Assembly (NCBI GenBank): GCA_041688005.1
Contig: JBDNJA010000183.1
Location: forward strand, 7,952 to 71,951
Length of the DNA: 64,000 nucleotides
Source: Gammaproteobacteria bacterium
Lineage (GTDB): Bacteria > Pseudomonadota > Gammaproteobacteria > GCA-001735895
Direction of reading: 5' to 3'
Numbering within the stretch: position 1 is the stretch's first letter; every line of letters starts with the position of its first letter. Position numbers and translations under genes: made by a program. Under the pieces are notes generated by a model, which saw nothing but the letters and a program-made list of their open reading frames with translations, searched no databases and was not told where the DNA came from. Positions 9,428 through 18,682 of the stretch are shown in pieces.

Positions 9428-9853
9428 ATGCAAGACAATCACAATAACGCAGGTGTGATTCGGGTAATGTTAGCTAAGATCGGTCTAGATGGTCATGATC
9501 GAGGCATAAAAGTTGTCGCACGTGCGTTACGGGATGCTGGCATGGACGTGGTCTATACTGGACTGCATCGCACGCCGGAGGAAGTCGTGGATGCCGCCAT
9601 CCAGGAAGATGTAGATATCCTTGGGGTCAGCCTGCTTTCGGGTGCCCACATGCACATTTTTCCTAAAGTACTGGAACTTCTGAAAGCGAGGGAAGCGGAA
9701 GACATGATCGTTGCGGGTGGCGGTGTCATCCCTGACGACGATGTTAAAGAACTGTATCAGATGGGCGTCCAGAAAATTCTTCTCCAGGACACTCCTCCTC
9801 AGGAAATTATTGATTCCTTCCGGCAATTGGTTGCAGACCGTGGTGCGCGATAA
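9428..9853 (+). CDS. Acyl-CoA mutase small subunit, cobalamin (B12)-binding domain protein
   Basis: 141 aa with the DxHxxG B12-binding motif (LDGHDRGIKVV); strong RBS aaggagaaaggag upstream. Confidence 0.8.
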   Translation: MQDNHNNAGVIRVMLAKIGLDGHDRGIKVVARALRDAGMDVVYTGLHRTPEEVVDAAIQEDVDILGVSLLSGAHMHIFPKVLELLKAREAEDMIVAGGGVIPDDDVKELYQMGVQKILLQDTPPQEIIDSFRQLVADRGAR

Positions 9854-9927
9854 GTACGACTACATGGGAAGTCGAGTGTACATGACAGATTTCCTTAGAC
9901 GATAATTAATAATATCAGGAGTCTCCG

Positions 9928-11349
9928 ATGAAAGAGTGGATTTTCCCCCCTACTTACAACAACGACTACTATCCTGAACCGAGTAGCCCCTACTGGTTTC
10001 GGGACCGAGAAACGATGGATCCGGACAAGCGTGATGAGCTAATTGTTGCACGCATCCGGGACGTCATGGCCTATGCTTACGATCACTCACCATTTTACCA
10101 ACGCAAATGGGACGAGGCCGGTATAAAGGCCAATCATATCCGTACTCTTGCTGACTTCGAGCAGGTTCCTGTCGTCACGAAGCAGGAACTGCGTGATTCC
10201 CAGGCGAAAACCCCACCCTTCGGGGACTACCTTTGCTGTCTGGAAAGCGATATACATCATATCCATGGTACTTCCGGCACAACCGGTCGGCCTACCACCT
10301 TCGGTATTTCTCGGAGCGACTGGGACACCATTGCCAATAACCATGCTCGGATTATGTGGGGGATGGGTCTAAGGCCCGGAGATACTGTGTTTGTGGCTGC
10401 CATTCTTAGCCTCTATATGGGGTCCTGGGGTGCTTTGATAGGGGCCGAGAGACTAGGCTGCAAGGCCTTTCCTTTCGGCGCCGGCGCTCCAGGAATGACT
10501 GTGCGAGCAGTGACCTGGCTGGGAATGATGAAACCTGCAGGACTTTACTCCACTCCCTCCTACGCGCTTAGGCTGGCGGAAGTGGCCCGTGCGGAAGGGA
10601 TTGATCCCAAGGAGTTCGGCATCAAGGTGTTATTCTTCTCAGGTGAGCCGGGCGGGTCCATTCCGTCCATACGGGACAAGATTCAGGATATCTACGGTGC
10701 CAAGGTGATTGACTGCGGAACCATGGCTGAGCTGACGCCGTGGATGCACGCTTCCGGAAGCGCCGACACCGAAGGCATGCTGCTGTGGCAGGACATTGTC
10801 TACACCGAAGTAGCGGACCCCGTCACTCATCGACGCGTTCCCTACGGAGAACAAGGAACACCCATTTATACCCACCTCGAACGTACCTCTCAGCCAATGA
10901 TCCGCATGTTTTCCGGCGACCTAACCCATTGGGTGATGGAAGATAACCCCTGCGGCCGCACTTACCCGAGACTTCCAAAAGGCATTTACGGGCGGATCGA
11001 CGACATGTTCCAGATTCGGGGTGAAAACGTCTATCCCAGCGCCATTGCTGAAATTCTGGAAGGCCTGGCCGGTTATGGCGGCGAACACCGAATCATCATT
11101 TCACGTGAGGGCTCAATGGATGAGTTGGCCGTGCAGGCAGAATTTGACCAGCAGACCGCTAGCAAGGGTCCGGATGCAGTCAAGGCCTTCTCAGAACGAG
11201 CGCAGGCTGAGCTGAGACGAGTGCTGGGTGTACGGGCACGGGTTATCATGGTCGAGCCAGACACCTTTCTACGCACGGACTTCAAGGCCCAGCGAGTGGT
11301 TGACGACCGAAATCTTTACCACAGTTTTGACCAGGAACAAGGGGGTTAA
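9928..11349 (+). CDS. Phenylacetate-CoA ligase (PaaK) family adenylate-forming enzyme; candidate 2-hydroxyisobutyrate-CoA ligase
   Basis: 473 aa, PaaK-family size and motifs (GTSGTTGRPT). Position between the mutase subunits mirrors the hcl gene of characterised hcm clusters; that functional link is from the literature. Confidence 0.6.
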   Translation: MKEWIFPPTYNNDYYPEPSSPYWFRDRETMDPDKRDELIVARIRDVMAYAYDHSPFYQRKWDEAGIKANHIRTLADFEQVPVVTKQELRDSQAKTPPFGDYLCCLESDIHHIHGTSGTTGRPTTFGISRSDWDTIANNHARIMWGMGLRPGDTVFVAAILSLYMGSWGALIGAERLGCKAFPFGAGAPGMTVRAVTWLGMMKPAGLYSTPSYALRLAEVARAEGIDPKEFGIKVLFFSGEPGGSIPSIRDKIQDIYGAKVIDCGTMAELTPWMHASGSADTEGMLLWQDIVYTEVADPVTHRRVPYGEQGTPIYTHLERTSQPMIRMFSGDLTHWVMEDNPCGRTYPRLPKGIYGRIDDMFQIRGENVYPSAIAEILEGLAGYGGEHRIIISREGSMDELAVQAEFDQQTASKGPDAVKAFSERAQAELRRVLGVRARVIMVEPDTFLRTDFKAQRVVDDRNLYHSFDQEQGG

Positions 11350-12321
11350 ATGATTAACCGTATACCCTCAATGACTCTGGCTGATAGAGTTCTAAAAGGG
11401 CATATCCGCGCCATTGCTAGGCTTATTACCCGGGTTGAAAGTGGCGACCCGGAAGTGCGACAGGCCCTAGCCAAATTATATAAAAGCACCGGCCGAGCCC
11501 ACGTGGTGGGTATTACCGGTGTGCCGGGGGCAGGAAAGTCGACCCTCGTTGCACAGCTGGTCCATGAATACCGAGCAAGTGGCCGCACGGTGGGTATCGT
11601 TGCCATTGATCCCTCAAGTCCCTTTTCTGGTGGTGCAATCCTCGGTGATCGTATACGTATGGGCGATCTGGTTTCTGACCCGGGAGTTTTCATCCGAAGT
11701 ATGGCCACCCGGGGAACTTTGGGCGGCCTGGCTAGGCCAGCCTTGGATGCAGTCGACCTCCTGGATGCAGGAGGGTTCGACGTGGTTCTGATCGAGACGG
11801 TCGGGGTGGGTCAGGATGAAGTCGATATCGTGCGTGCGGCTCACACCACAGTGGTTGTCAACGCACCTGGTCTGGGCGACGACATTCAGGCCATAAAAGC
11901 AGGTATCTTGGAGATTGCCGATGTGCATGTGGTGAGCAAAGCGGATCGGCCAGATTCCAACAAAACCATACAGGAACTCAAGGGCATGCTGACGATGAGT
12001 CTTGAACCGGGTGAGGGAATCTGGCGAGTGCCGGTGGTGCCAACCAGTTCAGAAAACCACACAGGTTTCGGCGAGTTGATGGCTGCGATTGATCACCACG
12101 CAGAACACTTGGAACGAAGTGGTGAAATCACCGAACGGCGACGCCAGATTACGTTAACCCGGGTGGTGAAAGTTGCCGAAGAAATCGTCCGGGACAATTT
12201 TGTACGTGACAGCAGGTCGCAAACCGAAGAACTGCTTAAAAAGGTGACTCAACGCGAACTGGATCCCCATGGGGCCGCGGTGACCTTGCTAAAAACTATG
12301 AAGGAGACGATTCATGAATGA
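11350..12321 (+). CDS. MeaB/ArgK-type G-protein chaperone of B12-dependent mutases
   Basis: 323 aa, P-loop GVPGAGKST, MeaB-like; 1-bp gap from the ligase gene and 8-bp overlap with the large subunit. Confidence 0.85.
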   Translation: MINRIPSMTLADRVLKGHIRAIARLITRVESGDPEVRQALAKLYKSTGRAHVVGITGVPGAGKSTLVAQLVHEYRASGRTVGIVAIDPSSPFSGGAILGDRIRMGDLVSDPGVFIRSMATRGTLGGLARPALDAVDLLDAGGFDVVLIETVGVGQDEVDIVRAAHTTVVVNAPGLGDDIQAIKAGILEIADVHVVSKADRPDSNKTIQELKGMLTMSLEPGEGIWRVPVVPTSSENHTGFGELMAAIDHHAEHLERSGEITERRRQITLTRVVKVAEEIVRDNFVRDSRSQTEELLKKVTQRELDPHGAAVTLLKTMKETIHE

Positions 12322-14008
12322 CACTGACCAGTATGACCCCGCTGCACTCAAGCACATTGAAAAAGAGTTTGACCAGTGGGAAAAAAACGAAGTTTCATCC
12401 TTTGTAAAACGGACGCCAGAGAGCCAGTCAGAGTATACCACTGCTTCCGGTATGCCGACGAAACGCACGTATACACCACTGGATATCAAAGACACTGCGT
12501 TCAAGGATGTTGGCCTTCCTGGGCAATATCCATTCACCCGGGGACCATACCCCACCATGTACCGGGGCCGAAACTGGACAATGCGCCAAATCGCCGGCTT
12601 CGGTACGGCCAAGGAAACCAACGGGCGTTTCAAGTATCTGATCGCTCAAGGTCAGACTGGCCTGTCGATAGATTTCGACATGCCCACGTTGATGGGATAT
12701 GACTCTAGTCATACCATGTGCCAGGGAGAGGTAGGCCGCGAAGGAGTTGCCATCGACACCCTGGCTGATATGGAGGAATTGTTCGATAACATTGATCTGA
12801 CGAAAATTTCAGTTTCCATGACCATCAATCCGTCAGCATGGATACTCTACGCCATGTACATTGCTCTGGCGCAGAGTCGCGATTATGACCTTAATGACCT
12901 GTCAGGTACCATCCAGAATGACATTCTTAAGGAGTACATTGCCCAGAAGGAATGGATATTCCCGGTGCGTCCCTCGGTTCGCCTAGTCCGTGACTGTATT
13001 CAGTACGGCTCTAAGCACATGAAACGGTATAATGCTATCAATATTTCCGGCTACCACATATCGGAAGCCGGCTCGACCGCTGTGCAGGAGGTGGCATACA
13101 CCATGGCCAACGCCATGGTGTATGTCCGGACAGCAATCGACGCAGGGGTGGATGTCAATGAATTCGGCCCCCGCCTCTCGTTCTTCTTTGTAAGCCAGGC
13201 AGATTTCTTTGAGGAAATTGCCAAGTTCCGTGCGGCCAGGCGGGTATACGCTAAGATCATGCGCGAAAAATTCGGTGCCACAAAACCCGAGGCCAGCCGG
13301 TTGCGCTTCCACGCACAAACCGCGGCAGCGACCCTGACCAAACCACAGTATACAATCAACCCGATTCGCACCGCGCTCCAGGCGTTGTCCGCCGTGTTGG
13401 GTGGGGCGCAGTCGCTACATACCAACGGCATGGATGAGGCTTTTGCCATTCCCACTGAGGAGGCCATGCGGATAGCCCTCCGCACACAGCAAATCATCGC
13501 TTACGAGACCAATATCACACAGGTTGTGGACCCTTTGGGCGGTTCCTACTATGTTGAAAGTCTAACCAACGAGATTGAGCAGGAAGTCTGGAAAATTCTC
13601 AACGAGGTTGAAGAGCTTGGTGGTACCTTGCAGTGTATCGACGATGGTTACTTTCAGAGAGGCATCTCTGATTCCGCTTACGATTTCGCGTTACGCAAGG
13701 CCAGCGGAGAAAGGCCTGTTATCGGCGTGAATATGTTCGTGCAGGAGGAAGATGTCAAAATTGAAACGCATCCCCACGACCCGGAAACAGAGAGCCGGCA
13801 GATTGAACGCCTGAGAAGGGTCAAGAATGGTCGCGATGAGAAAAAAGTTCAGACCATGCTCGGGCAGCTGAAAGAACAGGCTGAAGACGAATCAGTAAAC
13901 CTCATGCCGATCACCATTGAGTTGGTGAAAGAGGGGGCGTCGATGGGCGACATTGTTGAAACGCTTAAAGGCATTTGGGGGACCTATCGTGAAAAACCTG
14001 TAATCTAA
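12314..14008 (+). CDS. Acyl-CoA mutase large (substrate-binding) subunit, with the HcmA-type specificity triad
   Basis: 564 aa mutase catalytic domain with no fused B12 domain. The key sites read RQ-I-AGFGTA, LS-I-D-FD and YIA-Q-KEW, i.e. Ile/Asp/Gln. MCM has Tyr/Ala/Arg and ICM has Phe/Ala/Gln at these sites. Confidence 0.6.
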   Translation: MNDTDQYDPAALKHIEKEFDQWEKNEVSSFVKRTPESQSEYTTASGMPTKRTYTPLDIKDTAFKDVGLPGQYPFTRGPYPTMYRGRNWTMRQIAGFGTAKETNGRFKYLIAQGQTGLSIDFDMPTLMGYDSSHTMCQGEVGREGVAIDTLADMEELFDNIDLTKISVSMTINPSAWILYAMYIALAQSRDYDLNDLSGTIQNDILKEYIAQKEWIFPVRPSVRLVRDCIQYGSKHMKRYNAINISGYHISEAGSTAVQEVAYTMANAMVYVRTAIDAGVDVNEFGPRLSFFFVSQADFFEEIAKFRAARRVYAKIMREKFGATKPEASRLRFHAQTAAATLTKPQYTINPIRTALQALSAVLGGAQSLHTNGMDEAFAIPTEEAMRIALRTQQIIAYETNITQVVDPLGGSYYVESLTNEIEQEVWKILNEVEELGGTLQCIDDGYFQRGISDSAYDFALRKASGERPVIGVNMFVQEEDVKIETHPHDPETESRQIERLRRVKNGRDEKKVQTMLGQLKEQAEDESVNLMPITIELVKEGASMGDIVETLKGIWGTYREKPVI

Positions 14009-14048
14009 TCGCCTTTTTACTGACTAAAGCGGGTCACTACAGGGACAA

Positions 14049-14153
14049 ATGGTTAGACTCACCAAGATATATATCAAAACCGGAGATAAAGGCGATACCG
14101 GCCTGGGCGATGGTAGCCGGGTCGTGAAGTACGACCTGATGCCCGGACTGTGA
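14049..14153 (+). pseudogene. Truncated PduO-type ATP:cob(I)alamin adenosyltransferase remnant (first ~34 codons only)
   Basis: MVRLTKIYIKTGDKGDTGLGDGSRVVKYDLMPGL* closely matches the conserved N-terminus of PduO/MMAB-type ATR (MVKLSKIYTRTGDKGETGLGDGSRVSKDD...). Homology stops at a stop codon and no continuation appears in any frame. Confidence 0.55.
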
Positions 14154-14829
14154 CTCGCCGAGCTGGCCAGGCACTCGCTGGAGCCGTGCCGGCGCCCATA
14201 TTCCAAGGCTTAGCTCCATTATAAAGACGGAACTGTTCGGTACCTAGTCTGGGGGCACAGAATATGTGATTGGCCCTGAAACTAGAGTAAACGTCTCGGC
14301 AATCACACCTAGGAAGAAATTCACTGCAGCCTAAACTGACAGTCCAGTTATTCATTGTGGTTTTAAAGTGAATGAAAATACGCCAACGTCGAAGTCCGGC
14401 AGAATGGCGAGTATTGTTAAACGCGCAATTGAGATAGTCAGTTATGTGTAGTCGACTTTTCTCGTTTGCAAAGCCTGGATACCAAGTACTTTAGTAAACG
14501 TAAACGCGCATTTGAAGCCGATGAAATAACGCCACCTCAAAATAGCGTCGTCAAACTTGGCCGTGGTTTCTCGCTAGCAGCCATCTGTGCCTATTTTTGT
14601 CTGTAAATTGACGCATTGCTAAGCTATGAGCCAGACAACAATAAGGGTCATGAATTACCGATACTGAGGTGACAGTAGCGCACCTTTAAAGCAGGTAATA
14701 CTTTTTCTTTAGATGGTAAAGGGGTTGGGACGTCGATGGGACTGCGTACGCTTGCCTACAACTCGCGTTTCGGCGGAGGTAAGCGGCACAGCAGCGCAGG
14801 AGCACTCGCGCCTGGCACGCAATGTCTCT

Positions 14830-15726
14830 TCAGCTGGCATCTACGCCAGCTGCCTCAAAAAGCCATTCTCGGAAGGCTTTGACTTTTTTGCTCTGCCGCT
14901 CGCTGGCCCGGCAAGAGACAAAATGGGTCTCCTCGGCCAGAGGCAAAAACTGCTCCGGCCCCAGCTCGACCAGTTCGCCGCGCAACAGTTCGCGCTCGGC
15001 CAAGCGGAGGCTTTCCAGCGTCACCCCCATGCCGTCAGCCGCCGCCGAGATGGACAGGGCCGCGCGGTCAAACGAGGGGCGGGGTCGCGCTGGCAGTGTC
15101 AACCCGTTCAGCGCAAACCACTGGGGCCAGGTCACGCCGCTGAGTTGAGAGTCGATCAGCATCAGCTCGAGAATTTGCTGGGTAACTGGTTGGTCTGCCT
15201 TGAGCAGAACCGGAGAACACAGTGGCGCGATGCGTTCCGTGCCCAGCGCCACCGCAACCACACCGGCACGTTTTTGCACCGCCCCATAAGAAATCGCAAT
15301 GTCTACCTCTTGCACCCGGGTCAGGTCTATCAGTTCGGCACCGGAAGTCAGGCGCAGGGTGATGTCCGGGTGGGTCTGCATAAACACGGACAAGCGCGGG
15401 CTCAGCCATTTGGCGGCGAAACTGGGTGAGCAATGTAGCGCCAGTACCTGCGCTTGCGGTGCCAGAGCCACCTCGTCACAGGCCGCCTCGATGACGTCAA
15501 ACACGCGGGACAGGCTCTCGCACAGGCGCCGGCCCTGGGCAGTTAGCTCGACGCGGCGGTTGCCACGGGTAAACAGGGGCAAGGAAAAATACGTTTCCAG
15601 AGCTCGCACCTGGTGGCTGATGGCCGACTGGGTCAGATGCAGCTCCTGTCCGGCTAGGGTGAAACTTTCGAGGCGGGCGGCAGACTCAAATGCTCGCAGC
15701 AAGGCAAAGCTTGGCATGTGCCTCAT
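14830..15726 (-). CDS. LysR family transcriptional regulator
   Basis: N-terminal HTH (SFTLAGQELHLTQSAISHQVRALE); about 62-65% GC, far above the flanks. Confidence 0.8.
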   Translation of the reverse strand: MRHMPSFALLRAFESAARLESFTLAGQELHLTQSAISHQVRALETYFSLPLFTRGNRRVELTAQGRRLCESLSRVFDVIEAACDEVALAPQAQVLALHCSPSFAAKWLSPRLSVFMQTHPDITLRLTSGAELIDLTRVQEVDIAISYGAVQKRAGVVAVALGTERIAPLCSPVLLKADQPVTQQILELMLIDSQLSGVTWPQWFALNGLTLPARPRPSFDRAALSISAAADGMGVTLESLRLAERELLRGELVELGPEQFLPLAEETHFVSCRASERQSKKVKAFREWLFEAAGVDAS

Positions 15727-15842
15727 GTTGTTGGCCTATTCATGAATAGAATTCATTTTTTCATGAATATTCATCGCTTGTCAACGCATTCAAAGCGCGC
15801 ACTATATAATCCTCTGTTCAAACTCAGTCCGAAGGTGGGAAA
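15727..15842. promoter_or_regulatory. Divergent promoter region with TTCATGAATAGAATTCA and TGAATATTCA palindromic LysR-type boxes
   Basis: Overlapping TGAAT..ATTCA inverted repeats read directly between the LysR gene and the aldolase gene. Confidence 0.45.
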
Positions 15843-16703
15843 ATGTCATCCGTATTGGAAACCAGTCTAAAAACCGACAACAGCAACACCATTGATCTGG
15901 GCAAAGACCCGGTGTCTATTTATCAGCCAGAAGACCCGACGCTGATTTTTCCGAATCTTCCCAAGTTTTCCAGTTCGGCCGAAGAGCGTCGGCATCTGAA
16001 AGAACGGCTGGTGGCGTCGTGCCGCGCCTTTGCCCTGCAAAATTTTGACTATGGCTTCGCCGGCCATCTGACGGTGCGCGACCCGGAAAACCCGAGCCTG
16101 TATTGGACCAATCCAATGGCTGTGCATTTCTCGCAGGTCAAGGTATCCAACCTAATTCTAGCCGATCACAGCGGCAAGGTGGTGCAGGGCAAGCACGCCA
16201 TCAACCGTGCTGGATTTGTCTTGCACTCGGCCGTGCATGAGGCACACCCCGACATTGTGGCCATGTGCCACGCCCACACGGTGTACGGCACGGCGTTTGC
16301 GGCATTAGGAAAAAAGCTGGAGCCGATTACGCAGGATGCCTGCGCCTTTTTTGAAGACCATGTGGTCATTGGTGACGACGCCGGCCAGGTCACGGTGGAA
16401 GTCAAGGCCGGACACAAAGTCGCCCAGGCCTTCAAGGGCGTCAAAGCCGCGATTCATCAGAACCACGGCCTGCTCACAGGAAGCCGCCACAGCATTGAGT
16501 CTGCAGCGTTCTGGTTCATCGCGCTGGAACGTTGCTGTCAGCAACAGTTGTTAGTCGAAGCGAGCGGTGTGACACCTCGCTTGGTGTCGCCGGACCGAGC
16601 GCGTTACAGTCGCAAGCATGTGGGTAGCGACTACATCGGCTGGCTGCACTTTCAGTCGATCTGGGAGCAGCTGGTCGAAACCCAGCCGGACATGTTTGAC
16701 TAA
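15843..16703 (+). CDS. Class II aldolase/adducin family protein
   Basis: 286 aa; metal-binding His cluster (CHAHTVYG) typical of the class II aldolase/adducin fold; GC-rich. Confidence 0.7.
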   Translation: MSSVLETSLKTDNSNTIDLGKDPVSIYQPEDPTLIFPNLPKFSSSAEERRHLKERLVASCRAFALQNFDYGFAGHLTVRDPENPSLYWTNPMAVHFSQVKVSNLILADHSGKVVQGKHAINRAGFVLHSAVHEAHPDIVAMCHAHTVYGTAFAALGKKLEPITQDACAFFEDHVVIGDDAGQVTVEVKAGHKVAQAFKGVKAAIHQNHGLLTGSRHSIESAAFWFIALERCCQQQLLVEASGVTPRLVSPDRARYSRKHVGSDYIGWLHFQSIWEQLVETQPDMFD

Positions 16704-16764
16704 GAGAGTTGGGGCGATACCGATGTACTTTTTTCACCACTGCGAGCGAAACGTATGCTGTGAT

Positions 16765-17868
16765 TCAGGTCATGCCAACTGGACTAAAAAACCAATCAAG
16801 TAATTTTTGTTGAACGTCACTAACATGTGAAAAAGCCCAATGAGGGTTTTTGTCTTTATCTACTAATAACGCCCTGACACCTTCGCAAGTTTCAGAATAC
16901 TGACAACAACGAAGGGTTAAGTTTAACTCTGATGCAAAACATTCGCTTAAACTAAGACCTTTAGTCACTTGTAGTTGTTGATATATAATGCAAGCACTAA
17001 GAGGGCTACCCGCCATCAATTTGTTTTTTGCCTGCGCCAGCCATTTATTTTCTGTTTTGAGACTTAGGATAGCGGTGTGTATGTCAACGATATTATCGAA
17101 AGCCAGTAACTTTGCTATATCCGCTTTATTTGCTCTTAATTCAGAATGTAAATAATGTGTGAAATTGTTTGAAAATTTTAACAATAATCGATCTAGTAAT
17201 TCATAATTGCTATCATTTTTTTGCCACTCTATTTCCTGTAAAGACTTATAAATTAAATTTTTTGTTGAACTGTCAATAATATAATGCGTCAGGCCAATAT
17301 ATTTTGCATCTTCAGCATTAAAAAAAGCACCTGTGATCCCTAAAAAAAGCCCCATATCATCTGGCATTTTATTTAAAAACCAACTCGCGCCCACATCAGG
17401 GTATAATCCAATGGATACTTCGGGCATGGCCATCAAAGTGCGTTCGGTTGTGACTCGATGACTGGCACCTGCAAATAAACCTATTCCGCCTCCCATGATA
17501 TAGCCATCACCCCATACCATAATGGGTTTCTTAAATTTATGAATCAATTGATCAAGTCGGTATTCTTGGCTAAAAAACTCATGAGCGAAACCTGTTTTAA
17601 TTATATGGTCATCTATTAAGGCTGGTAGATCATTAAGATAGTGATAAAGGCTAACAACATCACCCCCTGCGCAAAATGCTTTCTCACTTATACTTTGCAT
17701 AACAACGAGAGCTATACTGTCATCTTGTTCCCAACAAGTCAGTTGCCGTATTAAAAGCTTAATCATCGAAAGATTTAATGCATTAAGAGACTTAGGAGCA
17801 TTAAGTTCTGCTATCCCTATTTTTTTATTATTCTTACTGCTTAACTCTTTAAATATCACTTCACTCAT
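16765..17868 (-). CDS. Enoyl-CoA hydratase/isomerase family protein, 3-hydroxyisobutyryl-CoA hydrolase-like (ECH_2)
   Basis: 367 aa; crotonase fold with the HIBCH-like architecture (AFCAGGDV, GGGIGL); about 33% GC. Confidence 0.65.
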   Translation of the reverse strand: MSEVIFKELSSKNNKKIGIAELNAPKSLNALNLSMIKLLIRQLTCWEQDDSIALVVMQSISEKAFCAGGDVVSLYHYLNDLPALIDDHIIKTGFAHEFFSQEYRLDQLIHKFKKPIMVWGDGYIMGGGIGLFAGASHRVTTERTLMAMPEVSIGLYPDVGASWFLNKMPDDMGLFLGITGAFFNAEDAKYIGLTHYIIDSSTKNLIYKSLQEIEWQKNDSNYELLDRLLLKFSNNFTHYLHSELRANKADIAKLLAFDNIVDIHTAILSLKTENKWLAQAKNKLMAGSPLSACIIYQQLQVTKGLSLSECFASELNLTLRCCQYSETCEGVRALLVDKDKNPHWAFSHVSDVQQKLLDWFFSPVGMT

Positions 17869-17982
17869 TCAGTTCAGCTCCCATTATTTCGCTATTTAAT
17901 AAGCTATTATAACGTTACATTAACATGGCTCTGCACTAACTTACTGTTCCACAGGTTCATGTTATGAGCCACCTTCAACTTA

Positions 17983-18270
17983 TAATACTTCCCTATCTAT
18001 TGTGGGCATGATAGCGGCTACTGGACCCAAAAACATCACCGTTATGAATGTACCAAATGCCATCAGCAGACATCCGCCACCGCTGGCACACTGTTTCACG
18101 GCACTAAGCTCCCATTAACCAAGTGGTTCTGGACTGTGTACTTGATCGGTTCCGATAAAAGCGGCATATCTGCATTACGACTATCAAAATTCATCTTGAT
18201 TAGCACTATTGTTCAGCTAACGTTTGTGAAGGGTAAAACTGATCGGGAAATGGGCCCATCGATATAACCA
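17983..18270 (+). mobile_element. IS1595-family (ISXO2-like) transposase N-terminal remnant, with no intact ORF
   Basis: Translation ...IYCGHDSGYWTQNITRYECTKCHQQTSATAGTLFHGTKLPLTKWFWTVYLIGSDKSGISALRLSKF... matches the IS1595 N-terminal zinc-ribbon/HTH region (CxxC...SGTIFHxTKLPLxKWFxAIYLMxxxKKGISALQL); it ends in a stop and no DDE domain follows. Confidence 0.55.
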
Positions 18271-18682
18271 TGGATACAATACTGGGTGTTTCACTGGTTT
18301 TGTGTGGAATCGGTGTTCAGCTTCGCAGGAATACGCACCAGGTATAGCTGCCCGCGAACGCTCGAGCGTTCTCATTATTGGTTGGTTATTGCGAGTCAGG
18401 CAGACTTTTTCAGGGTTCGTGGCTTTTTAGAAAATTGTGAGGCGTAAAGCTTTTCACAATTTAAGAGTGCCTATTCTTGAAACACCCTCTTCTTTATTTT
18501 CATGCGGCGCGGCGCAATACGCTTCACTATCCCCCTACGATGGCGGATGGGCGTGTTTGGTGTGAGGGTAGAGATTTGTGATCAGGTCTTTTCAAGTCTC
18601 ATCAATAATATTGGAATTCGATGTAGAAAGATCTACCCCGTTTTCCCCTGGGCTCTCGATTAGATGTGGTCGGTGCCACACA

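Noticed and set aside
12983-13497. 111-aa and 148-aa minus-strand ORFs inside the mutase large subunit gene
   Set aside because: Antisense to a strongly supported conserved gene; no independent evidence.
14210-14700. About 500 bp of non-coding DNA after the ATR remnant, searched for the remainder of the adenosyltransferase in other frames
   Set aside because: No frame shows the conserved ATR downstream motifs (for example the EAYGTVDELN region), so the remainder appears deleted rather than frameshifted.
14713-15429. 238-aa plus-strand ORF
   Set aside because: Antisense to the well-supported LysR regulator gene in a 62-65% GC region, where long spurious ORFs are expected; Arg/Ala/Gly-rich low-complexity translation.
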